From positions 352,001 to 416,000 of the forward strand of contig CAWIIB010000009.1 in assembly GCA_963836075.1 (NCBI GenBank): a DNA stretch of 64,000 nucleotides, written 5' to 3'. Numbering within the stretch: position 1 is the first letter of the stretch; each line of letters begins with the position of its first letter. Positions 20,107 to 29,836 of the stretch are shown piece by piece. The translations under genes and the position numbers were made by a program. This DNA is from an uncultured Acidobacteriota bacterium (GTDB lineage Bacteria > Acidobacteriota > JAQAZP01). A model generated the notes under the pieces. That model did not search any database, was not told the origin of the DNA, and saw only the letters and a program-made list of their open reading frames with translations.

Positions 20107-21660
20107 ATGATAAAATATGTGATGGGAATTCTGTTTCTCGCCTTGTTGCCCGTTTTCCCGCCGGCCCTGGCGGAAGATGTCCCGCCCCCGGCGGCCGGGG
20201 AAAGCGGCGACCTCCAGCTTCTGGAGGATGTCATCTACCAGGACCAACAAGCCGTCGAGGCGCTGTCGCTCTACCCCCGGGAGGTTCGGGAGGCGATCTT
20301 CATCGTCGCGGCCAGCCCGGACGGCGTGGTGCGCGCCACCGGCATCCAGGCCCGGTCCAGCGCCAGCTTCGCCGGTCTGCTCTCCGATCTTTCCCAGGAG
20401 GAACAGAAGTCGTTCTGGGATCTCAGCCGCTACCCCGGCCTGATCGACCAGCTGGTGGCCGGCGGGGGGAAGTCGGCCGACGAGATCACCGCCATACTCG
20501 TCTCCTGGCCGAATGAGATCCGCGAGGCGGCGCGGTCATGTGCCGCCACCCATTTTTCCATCCTGGTCCAGGTTCGGCAGTTGAGGACCGCCGCCGAGCA
20601 GGCGTTCGATGCGGCCATCGCGGACTATCCAGCCGAGACCCGGGACGCCTACCGGATGCTGGTCGGCATGCCCGAGGTCTTCACCCTGCTCAACGAGAAC
20701 ATGTCGATGACCGTGCTGGTGGGAAGTCTCTACCGCCAGGACCCGGAGGCCCTGAAGGCCAGGATCGAGGAGCTGGGCCTGGAAGCGGCACGTAAGAACG
20801 CCGAGGCGCTGGAAGACTGGAAAAGGGAGCTGGCGGAAAACCCCGAGGCGCTCGAGGAACTGAAGGCCTCGGCCGAAGACTTTGCCGTGGAATACGGGGC
20901 CGATGCCGAAACCGTTTCCCAGCCGGTTTCCCAGACCCGGGTCAACGTGGTCATCGAGCCCTACCCCTACTGGTACGGCTATCCCTACTGGTACCCGTAT
21001 CCCTACTGGTATCCCTACCCCTACTGGTACTATTGGGGTTACTACTACGGCCCGGGCGACGCGATCGTCATCTGGGGCCCCCCGTCCTACTACTATACCT
21101 GGTGGTACTACCGCTATCCGTCTCACCACTACCGTTATCCGCACCTCTCCGATTCGTTTCTCCGGCATCACCAGCGGCACCGGGATGTGAAGAACGGCTT
21201 CAACGACGTGGTGGGCCGGTGGAAATCGGACACCGGACAGCGCATGGGCCCGGACTGGATGAAGGATGACGGACGCCGCGCCGAGCGTCTCAAGGAATAC
21301 GGGCGGTTCGAGCGTGACTACAGCGCGGAATCCCGCGGCATCGCGGGGAGATCGATGTCCCGCAGCGACTACCTGAAGACCAACGGCGGCCGCTACCCGG
21401 ACCTGCAGACACCGGCCGGCCAGGAGCGGCAGGGCCTCGGCAGCCGCCAACCCCCGACCGGGTTTCAGGGCGGGCCACCCGAAAGCAGGCTGGATACTCC
21501 GCCGCCTCCCCCCGGACCACCGGGGGATGGACGGGTGGTCATCACCAAGCCCAACGAGGCGCAGAAACTCAACGGGGCCAAGGACCATCACAAGAGCGGG
21601 TGGGACAGGAAACCCGGATCGAAACCACCGGCGAGCCCCCCGGCCGGCCGCCGGCGCTGA
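20107..21660 (+). CDS. Secreted hypothetical protein with Tyr/Pro/Trp-rich repeat and disordered tail
   Basis: Signal peptide MIKYVMGILFLALLPVFPPALA; helical N-terminal region; PYPYWYGYPYWYPYPYWYPYPYW tract. Confidence 0.75.
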   Translation: MIKYVMGILFLALLPVFPPALAEDVPPPAAGESGDLQLLEDVIYQDQQAVEALSLYPREVREAIFIVAASPDGVVRATGIQARSSASFAGLLSDLSQEEQKSFWDLSRYPGLIDQLVAGGGKSADEITAILVSWPNEIREAARSCAATHFSILVQVRQLRTAAEQAFDAAIADYPAETRDAYRMLVGMPEVFTLLNENMSMTVLVGSLYRQDPEALKARIEELGLEAARKNAEALEDWKRELAENPEALEELKASAEDFAVEYGADAETVSQPVSQTRVNVVIEPYPYWYGYPYWYPYPYWYPYPYWYYWGYYYGPGDAIVIWGPPSYYYTWWYYRYPSHHYRYPHLSDSFLRHHQRHRDVKNGFNDVVGRWKSDTGQRMGPDWMKDDGRRAERLKEYGRFERDYSAESRGIAGRSMSRSDYLKTNGGRYPDLQTPAGQERQGLGSRQPPTGFQGGPPESRLDTPPPPPGPPGDGRVVITKPNEAQKLNGAKDHHKSGWDRKPGSKPPASPPAGRRR

Positions 21661-21697
21661 ATCACCGACCGAACCAGGATCATTGGAGGATTGACGG

Positions 21698-22285
21698 ATG
21701 AAAAAAACGATAGTGACTGCCGTAGCAGTGCTGGCGATGATCAGCCTCGGCGCCTGCGCCACCCGCACGGTGCAGCGGGTGGACGAAACGCAGCAGGTCG
21801 ATCTCAGCGGCCGCTGGAACGACACCGATTCACGGCTGGTGGCCGAGGAGATGATCAGCGACAGCCTCACCCGGGTCTGGATCACCGACTTTGCCGAGGC
21901 CAAGGGCAGAAAACCGACGGTGATCGTCGGCCTGGTGGGGAACAAGACCCACGAACTGATCAATACCGAAACCTTTACCAAGGACCTCGAGCGGGCTTTC
22001 ATCAACTCGGGCAAGGTCAAGGTGGTCCAGGCCGCGGGCACCCGGGACGAACTGCGGGGCGAGCGGGCCGACCAGCAGAAATACGCATCCCCGGAAACGA
22101 TGAAGAACTGGGGGCGGGAGAAGGGGGCCGACTTCATGCTCCAGGGGACGGTGAACAGCATCGTCGACGAGTACAAGAAGGACAAGGTGGTCTACTACCA
22201 GGTCGACCTGGAGCTGTCCGACCTGGAATCCAACGAGAAGGTCTGGATCGGCGACAAGAAGATCAAGAAGCTGGTCAAGAACTGA
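21698..22285 (+). CDS. lpoB: LpoB-family lipoprotein (PBP activator)
   Basis: Lipobox SLGAC; DLSGRWNDTD, NKTHELI, GADFMLQG, YYQVDLEL, KVWIGDKKIKK. Confidence 0.75.
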   Translation: MKKTIVTAVAVLAMISLGACATRTVQRVDETQQVDLSGRWNDTDSRLVAEEMISDSLTRVWITDFAEAKGRKPTVIVGLVGNKTHELINTETFTKDLERAFINSGKVKVVQAAGTRDELRGERADQQKYASPETMKNWGREKGADFMLQGTVNSIVDEYKKDKVVYYQVDLELSDLESNEKVWIGDKKIKKLVKN

Positions 22286-22362
22286 TCGATGCGCTTGACA
22301 CCGATTCAACGCGCGGTTCCCGGCACCCTGACGGCCGGGGCCGCCAACGAACAGGCAGACCC

Positions 22363-23787
22363 ATGTCGCTGAACCGTTTGGCCGTGACCGACCTCTCCCT
22401 TTTCGCGGCAACCGTCTGCCTGGTCCTGCTCGCTCCGGCCTGCGCCACCTACTACCAGAAGAACATCGGTTTCCACGAAGCGTTCGTCAAAGGCGACGTG
22501 GAGGAGGCCGCGCGGATCCTGGAAAAAGACAAGGGCGCGGCCAAAGACCGTAACCGGCTGCTCTTCTTCCTGCAGAAGGGCGTGGTGTTGCAGATGCTGC
22601 GCGACTACCCGGGGAGCAACGATTTCTTCGAGCAGGCCTACCTCTTCACCGAGGACGTCCAGCGCAACTACGGGGCCGAGGCCCTGGGCCTGCTCTCCAA
22701 CCCGCAGGTCACGCCCTACCGCGGCGAAGACTTCGAGGTGGTCCAGATCCACTACTACAAGGCGCTCAACCACCTCTTCCAGGGGCGCTACGAAGAAGCC
22801 CAGGTGGAGTGCCGGCGGATCGACATCAAGCTCAACCAGTTCAACGACCGCTATGAAAAGCGGAAGAACCGCTACAAGCGGGACGCCTTTGCGCGAAACC
22901 TGATGGGGATCATATTTGAGGCCGCGGGGGACGTGAACAACGCCTTTGTCTCCTACCGCAACGCCTACGAGGCCTACCAGGAGGACTACGGGCCGAATTT
23001 CGGCGTGCCGACCCCGCTGCAGCTGAAGAAAGACCTGCTGCGCACGGCGTATCTCAACGGTTTCTCCGACGAGCTGCAGAAATATCAGTCCCTGTTCGGA
23101 ATGACCCACGAACCGCGGGAGTCTCCGGGCGGGGAGCTGGTCTTCTTCTGGAACAACGGGCTGGGCCCGGTGAAGGACGAGTGGAGCGTCAACTTCTTCA
23201 TCGTCAGGGGCCGGGGCGGCCTGGTGACCTTTGTCAACGAAGAGCTGAAGCTGGCCCTCCCCTTCCCGCTGGGCGGTTCAGGATCGGGGTCCACGGATCT
23301 CGGCGACCTGAAATTCGTCAGGGTCGCCTTTCCCAAGTACCTGGTGCGCAAGCCCTACTACCGGACAGCGGAACTGGTGGCGGGCGGAAAGACCTTTCCG
23401 TTGGAAACAGGCCAGGACCTGAACGAAATCGCCTTAAAAACGTTGGAAGATCGGATGATCAGGGAGCTTGCCAAGTCACTGCTCCGGCTGGCGGTCAAAC
23501 AGGCGGCGGAGCAGGCAGTGCGGAATAAGAACGAGAATCTGGGCGCCCTGCTCTCCATCGCCCAGGCAATCTCGGAAAAGGCGGACACCCGGAACTGGCA
23601 AACCCTGCCCTACAGTATTTCCTATGCCCGGGTGCCGCTGCCCGCCGGCCAGAGCACGGTGAGCTTCAAGGCCTGGTCACCGAAAGAGAGCCAGGTCTAC
23701 ACGTCCGATTTCCAGTTCGACGGCCAGCCCGGGGTCAGTCAATTCTACCTGTTTCACAATCTGGAGAGTCTTCCCCTGGGTCAATAG
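22363..23787 (+). CDS. COG3014-like TPR lipoprotein
   Basis: Lipobox LAPAC; PYRGEDFE, YYKALN, EKADTRNWQTLP; this family is usually adjacent to lpoB. Confidence 0.75.
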   Translation: MSLNRLAVTDLSLFAATVCLVLLAPACATYYQKNIGFHEAFVKGDVEEAARILEKDKGAAKDRNRLLFFLQKGVVLQMLRDYPGSNDFFEQAYLFTEDVQRNYGAEALGLLSNPQVTPYRGEDFEVVQIHYYKALNHLFQGRYEEAQVECRRIDIKLNQFNDRYEKRKNRYKRDAFARNLMGIIFEAAGDVNNAFVSYRNAYEAYQEDYGPNFGVPTPLQLKKDLLRTAYLNGFSDELQKYQSLFGMTHEPRESPGGELVFFWNNGLGPVKDEWSVNFFIVRGRGGLVTFVNEELKLALPFPLGGSGSGSTDLGDLKFVRVAFPKYLVRKPYYRTAELVAGGKTFPLETGQDLNEIALKTLEDRMIRELAKSLLRLAVKQAAEQAVRNKNENLGALLSIAQAISEKADTRNWQTLPYSISYARVPLPAGQSTVSFKAWSPKESQVYTSDFQFDGQPGVSQFYLFHNLESLPLGQ

Positions 23788-23795
23788 AGGTGGCG

Positions 23796-24998
23796 TCAAA
23801 ATCCGTAGGCGATTCCCAGACCGAAATAGTCGACGGTCAGATTGTAGAACTGGCCGTGGGGCATGTGCCCGTCGTAGTATTCGAGCAGCAGCTCGATGGA
23901 GTGGGCGTCCGAATAGGGGCTGCGGAAGCGCAGCCCGGCCTTGAGGTTGAAATCGAGGTCCCAGTCCGTTTCCTCCCACACCTTGAAACCCATGCCGGCC
24001 ACCACCCGCGCCGTGCGCCAGCCGATGGGCGAGCCGCGGAAGTCGACCCCCCATTGGTACTGCTGCCATCCCAGCGGCGTGTCCGAGTGAAAGATGCCGG
24101 TGCCGCCGCCATAGAACCGCAGAAAGCGGATCTCCCGCGATACGAGTAGTTCCGCCGCCTCGTAGCTGAGGTTGATCCGTTTCTCGATTTTTCCCGGCTG
24201 CGGGTAAAGCAGGTACTCGTCGCCAAGATGAGAGGACTGGTGATACGCCCGGAGCCGAGCGGACCATTTTCCTTCCCGCCAGGACAGCGGGAACCCGACG
24301 ATGAAATCCGAATTGATCAGGTCCATTGAAGGGGCGTCGAGGTTGAAGAGCGAAAACACCGCGCCACTGATGCCCAGCTGAATACCGTCCCCCTCTCTCC
24401 TCGCCGGCCGCCGCAGCAGGCCGAAATCCATTCCGAAGCCCACCGAGGCCATGTTGAAATAGCCGTATTCGCTGTCGTATCGCTGCCAGGTAGTGTGAAA
24501 TCTCGGCTGCTTCTGGTCGGCCAGCGGCGGGAAGAACAGGTGCCCGGAAGGGAAATGGACCGTCTTGCGATCCGGCGGCGTTTCGGCCCACTCGAGCCAG
24601 GACTGCCAGCGGCCCGTTCCCTGGGCAGGAGCGCTCTCCGCCTCCGGCAGCGGTTCCGGGGGCATGATTTCCAGCCTGTTCGTCACCTCGGCCACGCCGG
24701 CAAAGGAAATCACCGTCGCGACGAGCCGATCGGCAAGTTCAACGCTTGGGACAGCACCGGTGAGTGTGACCTCCCCATCGCGAACCGTGACCTCGACCTG
24801 CTCCGCATCGAGGCCGTGGGCGAAGAGGAGCCATCCCTCGATGAACCCGCGCAGGTGCTCGTCATCCGGTGACGGCTGAGCGTCGCTCATTTCGGCATCG
24901 GCGGGACCGGCGGCCAGGAGTGCCGGGAAGAAATAGATAAGCACACAGGACAGTATGATGAGACCCAATAGCCGCACAAAGACCGACCCGGGAACCAT
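23796..24998 (-). CDS. BON domain plus DUF1207-like outer-membrane beta-barrel protein (start uncertain)
   Basis: Hydrophobic signal; VEVTVRDGEVTLTGAV...GVAEVTNRL (BON); LFFPPLAD..PR, LINSDF.VG, YHQSSHLGDE; terminal Phe. Confidence 0.75.
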   Translation of the reverse strand: MVPGSVFVRLLGLIILSCVLIYFFPALLAAGPADAEMSDAQPSPDDEHLRGFIEGWLLFAHGLDAEQVEVTVRDGEVTLTGAVPSVELADRLVATVISFAGVAEVTNRLEIMPPEPLPEAESAPAQGTGRWQSWLEWAETPPDRKTVHFPSGHLFFPPLADQKQPRFHTTWQRYDSEYGYFNMASVGFGMDFGLLRRPARREGDGIQLGISGAVFSLFNLDAPSMDLINSDFIVGFPLSWREGKWSARLRAYHQSSHLGDEYLLYPQPGKIEKRINLSYEAAELLVSREIRFLRFYGGGTGIFHSDTPLGWQQYQWGVDFRGSPIGWRTARVVAGMGFKVWEETDWDLDFNLKAGLRFRSPYSDAHSIELLLEYYDGHMPHGQFYNLTVDYFGLGIAYGF

Positions 24999-25150
24999 GG
25001 CCCGGCCAAAGCAGGGGCCGCCGGTTAGCGGGGTGCATGATGACAGGTTGTTCAGTGCGTCGAGCATCGGCACCGTCCACCGTTCAGGCCACGATTTGAT
25101 CGGCGCTCTCGGCACCGATCCTTTTGAGGTGCTTCCGGTCGGGCGGCCGG

Positions 25151-26032
25151 TCAGTTCCGGACCGGCAGTCGGACCCTGACCTGGTTTCCGGGGGGTGTGA
25201 ATTCCAGCGTCAGTGTGGCGGTGGCCATCAGCACCCCTCGCCCGTGGGTGTCGAACATCCTGGATTTGTCCAGCTTCATGTACCGCCGGAAATCGAATCC
25301 GGGACCTTCATCCCTTATTTTCACCTCCAGCAGGCGGTCGCGGCGCCGGACATTGATTGAGACCTTTTTCCTGCTGAATTCCGCCTGGGCCAATCGCCTG
25401 CGCCGTTCCTCGGTCAGCTTGCCCTCGGCCAGCAGGCGCCCCTTGTCCTCGTAGCCGATCCCCAGGTTGCCGTGCTCGATGGCGTTGACCAGCAGCTCCA
25501 ACAGTCCGACACAGGCATCCGGGGTGCCGGCGGCGGAAGCGAGATGGACGGCGAGCAGTTCGGCTTCCCGGATCGTTTTCACATGGAAGGTCCCCGCCTC
25601 GAGGAGCCGGAAGGCATCCTGCGTCTCCTCGACCTTCTCGGCGAGCTTCCGTTTCAGCTCCAGGCTCTGGACCGCGGCCCGAATAATGGCCTCCAACTGT
25701 GGTTCATCAAACGGTTTGGTCAGAAAGTAATAAGCGCCGAATTCGATGGCCTTCCTGATGTTCTCGGGGGCGAACTCCGCCGAGTGCACCACGATTTCCA
25801 CATCAGCCAGCGCCGGCTGATCTTTCATCCAGCCCAGCAGTTCCATCCCGTCAGCATCGGGCAGGATCCAGTCCATCAGTACGGCGGCAATGTCCGGGCC
25901 CTGCCGCCCCACGATTTCCCGGACCTGCTTTCCCGTCGACGCCGTTTCAAACCGGTAGTCATCATCCTCGAGCATGGACCGCAGGAGGTCGCCTTCGACG
26001 GGTTCATCGTCCACGATGAGAATGGTCAGCAC
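25151..26032 (-). CDS. Response regulator: receiver plus RsbW-like HATPase domain
   Basis: GTG start overlapping the upstream stop; ILIVDDE, LMDW, FLTKP, then ELLVNAIEHGNL, DEGPGFD, HGRGV. Confidence 0.85.
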   Translation of the reverse strand: MLTILIVDDEPVEGDLLRSMLEDDDYRFETASTGKQVREIVGRQGPDIAAVLMDWILPDADGMELLGWMKDQPALADVEIVVHSAEFAPENIRKAIEFGAYYFLTKPFDEPQLEAIIRAAVQSLELKRKLAEKVEETQDAFRLLEAGTFHVKTIREAELLAVHLASAAGTPDACVGLLELLVNAIEHGNLGIGYEDKGRLLAEGKLTEERRRRLAQAEFSRKKVSINVRRRDRLLEVKIRDEGPGFDFRRYMKLDKSRMFDTHGRGVLMATATLTLEFTPPGNQVRVRLPVRN

Positions 26033-26880
26033 GGCTCTTCCTCCTGGTCGGAGAAAATGATGACCGAATCGATCAGCCTGGCGTTGGGCACGCTCCAGGA
26101 TCCGCCCTCGCCGGTAAACGTCGTCTCCACCGGGCCAACCTGTTTCACCCGGCCGCGCCGTCCTTCCACCTCGACCCCGGCGCCCACGATGAGACTGCGC
26201 CGGAGATAGTGGCCGGCCAGCAAGCCCCGCACGATATCCCGCGAGCCGAAGGCGAAGGCCCACCCCATCCCGATGCTGGCCGAGACCACGATCGCCGTGA
26301 AGACCATAATGAGGATCTGCGTGTCGATACCCAGCTGTTCGAGAGCCACGACGCCCACCATGATAACAATCATAATCTTGGCGGTCGTGCCCAACTGTTT
26401 GGCAAAGACCAGGTTGGCCGTGGCCGCGCCGGAAGCGACGAGATTACCGGCGAACTGGGCCAGCAGGACGCCGATGACGATCACCAGCACCGCACCGATC
26501 ACGCTGGGCAGGAACTGGATCAGACGGTCGATGGTCACGGTCACCGCGGATAGACCGAGGATCTCGGCCGCGGAAAGGAGAAAGGTCAGCATCAGGGTCC
26601 AGAAGAGGAGGCGCCCGATGATCGCCGAGGGAGTTTTATCGATGCCGGCGGTGTGGAGCATTTCCCTGATCCCGATCCGCTCCGAAACACGGTCAAATCC
26701 GAAACGGTCGAGCAGGCCCCGCGCCGCCGACTCCACCAGCCTGGAAACGCCCCAGCCGGCGACGAGGACGAACACGGTCCCGAAAACACTGGGCAGGAAG
26801 GCGGCAACGGTGCTGCCGAGTTCGGAGAGCCAGGAGATCAGGATTGTCTGCCAGGCGCTGAAGTTCAGCAGTTCATTCAT
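26026..26880 (-). CDS. CmpX-like conserved-TM-helix / MscS-related membrane protein
   Basis: AFLPSVFG, LIQFLPSVIGA, ALEQLGID, AFAFGSRDIV..LLAG.Y, short MscS beta domain with VPN. Confidence 0.8.
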   Translation of the reverse strand: MNELLNFSAWQTILISWLSELGSTVAAFLPSVFGTVFVLVAGWGVSRLVESAARGLLDRFGFDRVSERIGIREMLHTAGIDKTPSAIIGRLLFWTLMLTFLLSAAEILGLSAVTVTIDRLIQFLPSVIGAVLVIVIGVLLAQFAGNLVASGAATANLVFAKQLGTTAKIMIVIMVGVVALEQLGIDTQILIMVFTAIVVSASIGMGWAFAFGSRDIVRGLLAGHYLRRSLIVGAGVEVEGRRGRVKQVGPVETTFTGEGGSWSVPNARLIDSVIIFSDQEEEPC

Positions 26881-27112
26881 GGTTCTCCTCCTCGATTACA
26901 AAAACACCACTGTAGAACAGGCCAAGGAGCGGTACGCAGCAACCCAGGACGAAAACCGATGAAAAGAATTCGAGAAGATCCCTCCCGGTGACCTCTGCAT
27001 GGACACGTGCCATCGTCTGCCTGTAGAGGTCGGGACGGGGAGCGGGTATGTGGTCATCGAGCCTGGAGAAAAATCTTCCGGCCTCTTCCTCGAGAACTGC
27101 TTTCTCGTCCAT
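26873..27112 (-). CDS. Small CrfX-like protein (putative anti-sigma)
   Basis: 79 aa with RBS, between the ECF sigma and the cmpX-like gene; RQTMARVHAEVTGRDLLEF followed by a hydrophobic stretch. Confidence 0.55.
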   Translation of the reverse strand: MDEKAVLEEEAGRFFSRLDDHIPAPRPDLYRQTMARVHAEVTGRDLLEFFSSVFVLGCCVPLLGLFYSGVFVIEEENHE

Positions 27113-27128
27113 TTCGTCTCCACTCCTT

Positions 27129-27776
27129 TCAGTCCGCTGGTTCCTCATCATCGAGCGCCGGGGCCGCTGTGCCGGGCCCGCCGGCGGCATGTTGCCGCAG
27201 CTGCTCGACGGCCCGCACCACCCGCATTTTCACTGCCGACTCCTTCATCCCCAGAACGTCGGCTATTTCGGCGTATCCCCACCCTTCGGAAAAACGCATC
27301 ACCACCGCCACCCGTGTCTCGGGTGCAAGAACGTCCATCATCTTTTCCAGCGTCAAGCGATCCTCGTTGTTCGACTCCCGGTTGCCGGCCCAACGGCCGC
27401 CCTGGTCCTCGAATGCGCCCCGGCGGCGCTGCTCCTGGTGACGGCGCCGCAGAACAAGCCGGCAGGCATTGATCACGATCGTATTCAGCCAATGCTCAAA
27501 CGGCTTCTCGAAACGGAAGCGGGGAAGTGAGCGAAAGACGCTGAGGAAGCTGTCCTGGACCACGTCCTCGGCGTCCTCCCTGGTGCGCAGGATCCGGTAG
27601 GCCCGGCGGTAGACCCGGGCCTGGTGCCGCGTAACCAGGGCGTCGAAGGCAGCGGTGGCGTAGGGCAACTCCTTCTGCGCCCGTTCGACGAGTGCCCGAT
27701 CAGCATCTGTGGTGTGATCGCTCACGTCTCTCCGCGGGTTTCCCTCCGCCGAGCGGCCGTTAAAGTTGTCATCCAC
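27129..27776 (-). CDS. ECF sigma factor, SigX-like
   Basis: DRALVERAQKELPY..AFDALV, DAEDVVQDSF, FEHWLNTI, YAEIADVLGMKESAVKMRV. Confidence 0.88.
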   Translation of the reverse strand: MDDNFNGRSAEGNPRRDVSDHTTDADRALVERAQKELPYATAAFDALVTRHQARVYRRAYRILRTREDAEDVVQDSFLSVFRSLPRFRFEKPFEHWLNTIVINACRLVLRRRHQEQRRRGAFEDQGGRWAGNRESNNEDRLTLEKMMDVLAPETRVAVVMRFSEGWGYAEIADVLGMKESAVKMRVVRAVEQLRQHAAGGPGTAAPALDDEEPAD

Positions 27777-27888
27777 TACAGTAAAAGCAGGCCAGGGCGG
27801 AAAACGTCACATAACACCGGACTTCGCGTCGCGGCCTTGAACCGAAGCACGCCGCCATTGGACAACCTGAAAACAAATTCCACTCCCG

Positions 27889-27920
27889 GGGTTACTTTCT
27901 TGTCCGGTCCGTCATTAGTC
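27889..27920 (+). promoter_or_regulatory. Conserved bipartite motif, copy 2 (putative ECF promoter)
   Basis: GGGTTACTTTC-N10-CGTCATTAGTC; arms identical to 19971-20002. Confidence 0.6.
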
Positions 27921-28113
27921 AGGTGAGGGAAGCATGCCGGATAGCGGCTGCGCACCCGTGGATTAAAACATGCAGACAAAAGCACAGTCAAACGTGGGAT
28001 CCGCCTGTGAAGAGGTGATCACCGGTGATCCCAGTCAAGGAGCGTTCTGCTCCGACCGGTAGTGGTGAACTGCACGCAATGCGACCTGGAGTCGCAAAAA
28101 AGGAGAATTGCTG

Positions 28114-29721
28114 ATGAAGAGCAACACGAATCGGACCAAGCGGTATCTCAATTTAGCGACCACCCTGGTCCTACTGCTCCTGTTCCCGGGTATGACCCCG
28201 GTGCTGCAGGCAGGGGAGGACTCGGATTTCTACAAATGGACCGCACCCTCGGTGGAGGATCAGCTGGCCGCCGACCAGACCCCCGTCCCGACAGATGCGG
28301 GCGCGATTTTCGTCCCGGCGATGACCGACGGGAACGATGAGCCCCTGGTTCTCGTGTTCCAGAACGAGCAGAAAGTGGCTTCGGGCAAGACCGGGGCGAG
28401 GATTATCGTCAGCCCCGGCGCCTGCGACATCCGTGTGGGCTCAGGTGCGGTTAAGCAGATGATGACCTATGGGGTCGAAGTGGCCGCAGGCGAAACAACC
28501 GTCGTGGACTGCACCTGGGGCGGCCTGAAGGTCAGTGTCGTTGACGAGAACAACATCCCCCATCGGGGTACATACGAGGTCATCCGCGCGGAGGGCCGGG
28601 AGCTCTTCGGCATCGGCTACGGCGCCGACACCCTGCAGGCCGAGCCGCTGGGCACCTGGCTGCTCGGTCCCGGCCTCTACCGCATCGTCCGCACCGGTGA
28701 GACCTACCGGGCCAGAGAGGATTTCGCCACCGTGGTTCTCCCCGAGGGCGGGCTGGTCCACTTCAAACTGGTCATCAACCCCGACACCGGCGAATTTCGT
28801 GGCGCCGGCGTGGCCCTGCCTGACGAACTGGGAATCGTGGATGAGGCGGTGAGCAACTGGGCCAAATCGATGACCCTCGGCGTGGCGGCGTCCCTCAGCG
28901 ACTCGTCCGATGTGGTCGGATCTCCGAACCAGTCCAGCTACTCGGGAGTCGGATACTTCGACACCTATCTGACCTACAAGAACGGACCCCATTTCGGATC
29001 CGCCATCCTGGAACTGGAGGAGGGTTTCCTGAGGGTCGACCCGGAAACCAGCGAGTCCCTGCCGACGCAGAAAACCCAGGACCGGTTGCGTGCCGACCTC
29101 CTCTACACCTGGTTTGTCAAGGAGTGGGTCGGCCCCTATGCTCGCGCCGGGTTACTGACCAACATCTTTCCCTCGGAAACCCTGACCACCGAGGACCAGT
29201 TCATCGCTTACAACCGGCTTGACGGTACCAGAGACGTTATCTTCGTTCCGGCGAACAACAACTACCGGACGTCGGACAGCTTCGGCAACCTGCGGTTCCG
29301 CGAGGGTGTGGGCGCCAACTTCCGCCTCTTCAGAAACCAGCACGTCACCCTGAACTGGCGGCTCGGCGTCGGACTGAGACAAAACGTGTTCAACGGCCTG
29401 TATGTCAACGAGGACGATGCGGCAACCGAAGAGATCGACCTCTACCAGGTGGACAGCTTCAACCAGGAGGGTCTCGAGACCACCATCACCGGGAACGTGC
29501 GGATCACCCGGTATCTCTCGTATATCACCGACCTGGAAGTGTTCGCCGATTTCTCCGACATGGGCGAGCCGACCGTTGACTGGCGTAACAATCTCAGCCT
29601 GCGCCTGACGCGGTATCTGTCGCTGGACTACGTGCTCGACATTCTCAGGTTCCCGCAGGTTGTGGACCAGACCCAGACGAGCCAGAGCCTGCTGCTGCGG
29701 TTCTCGTTCGACATTATCTAA
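28114..29721 (+). CDS. Secreted hypothetical protein with probable C-terminal beta-barrel
   Basis: Signal peptide; beta-sandwich-like N-terminal half; alternating amphipathic strands ending SLLLRFSFDII. Confidence 0.7.
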   Translation: MKSNTNRTKRYLNLATTLVLLLLFPGMTPVLQAGEDSDFYKWTAPSVEDQLAADQTPVPTDAGAIFVPAMTDGNDEPLVLVFQNEQKVASGKTGARIIVSPGACDIRVGSGAVKQMMTYGVEVAAGETTVVDCTWGGLKVSVVDENNIPHRGTYEVIRAEGRELFGIGYGADTLQAEPLGTWLLGPGLYRIVRTGETYRAREDFATVVLPEGGLVHFKLVINPDTGEFRGAGVALPDELGIVDEAVSNWAKSMTLGVAASLSDSSDVVGSPNQSSYSGVGYFDTYLTYKNGPHFGSAILELEEGFLRVDPETSESLPTQKTQDRLRADLLYTWFVKEWVGPYARAGLLTNIFPSETLTTEDQFIAYNRLDGTRDVIFVPANNNYRTSDSFGNLRFREGVGANFRLFRNQHVTLNWRLGVGLRQNVFNGLYVNEDDAATEEIDLYQVDSFNQEGLETTITGNVRITRYLSYITDLEVFADFSDMGEPTVDWRNNLSLRLTRYLSLDYVLDILRFPQVVDQTQTSQSLLLRFSFDII

Positions 29722-29836
29722 GCCGATGGCTGATGACTGCCGGTCGGCGGAGCGGCAACGCTTCCCGTCCGGCGGCTCGGTCGGCCGGTTGTGACCGGGT
29801 GCAGCCGGGATGATTACTGATAAGGGGGAAAAAATC

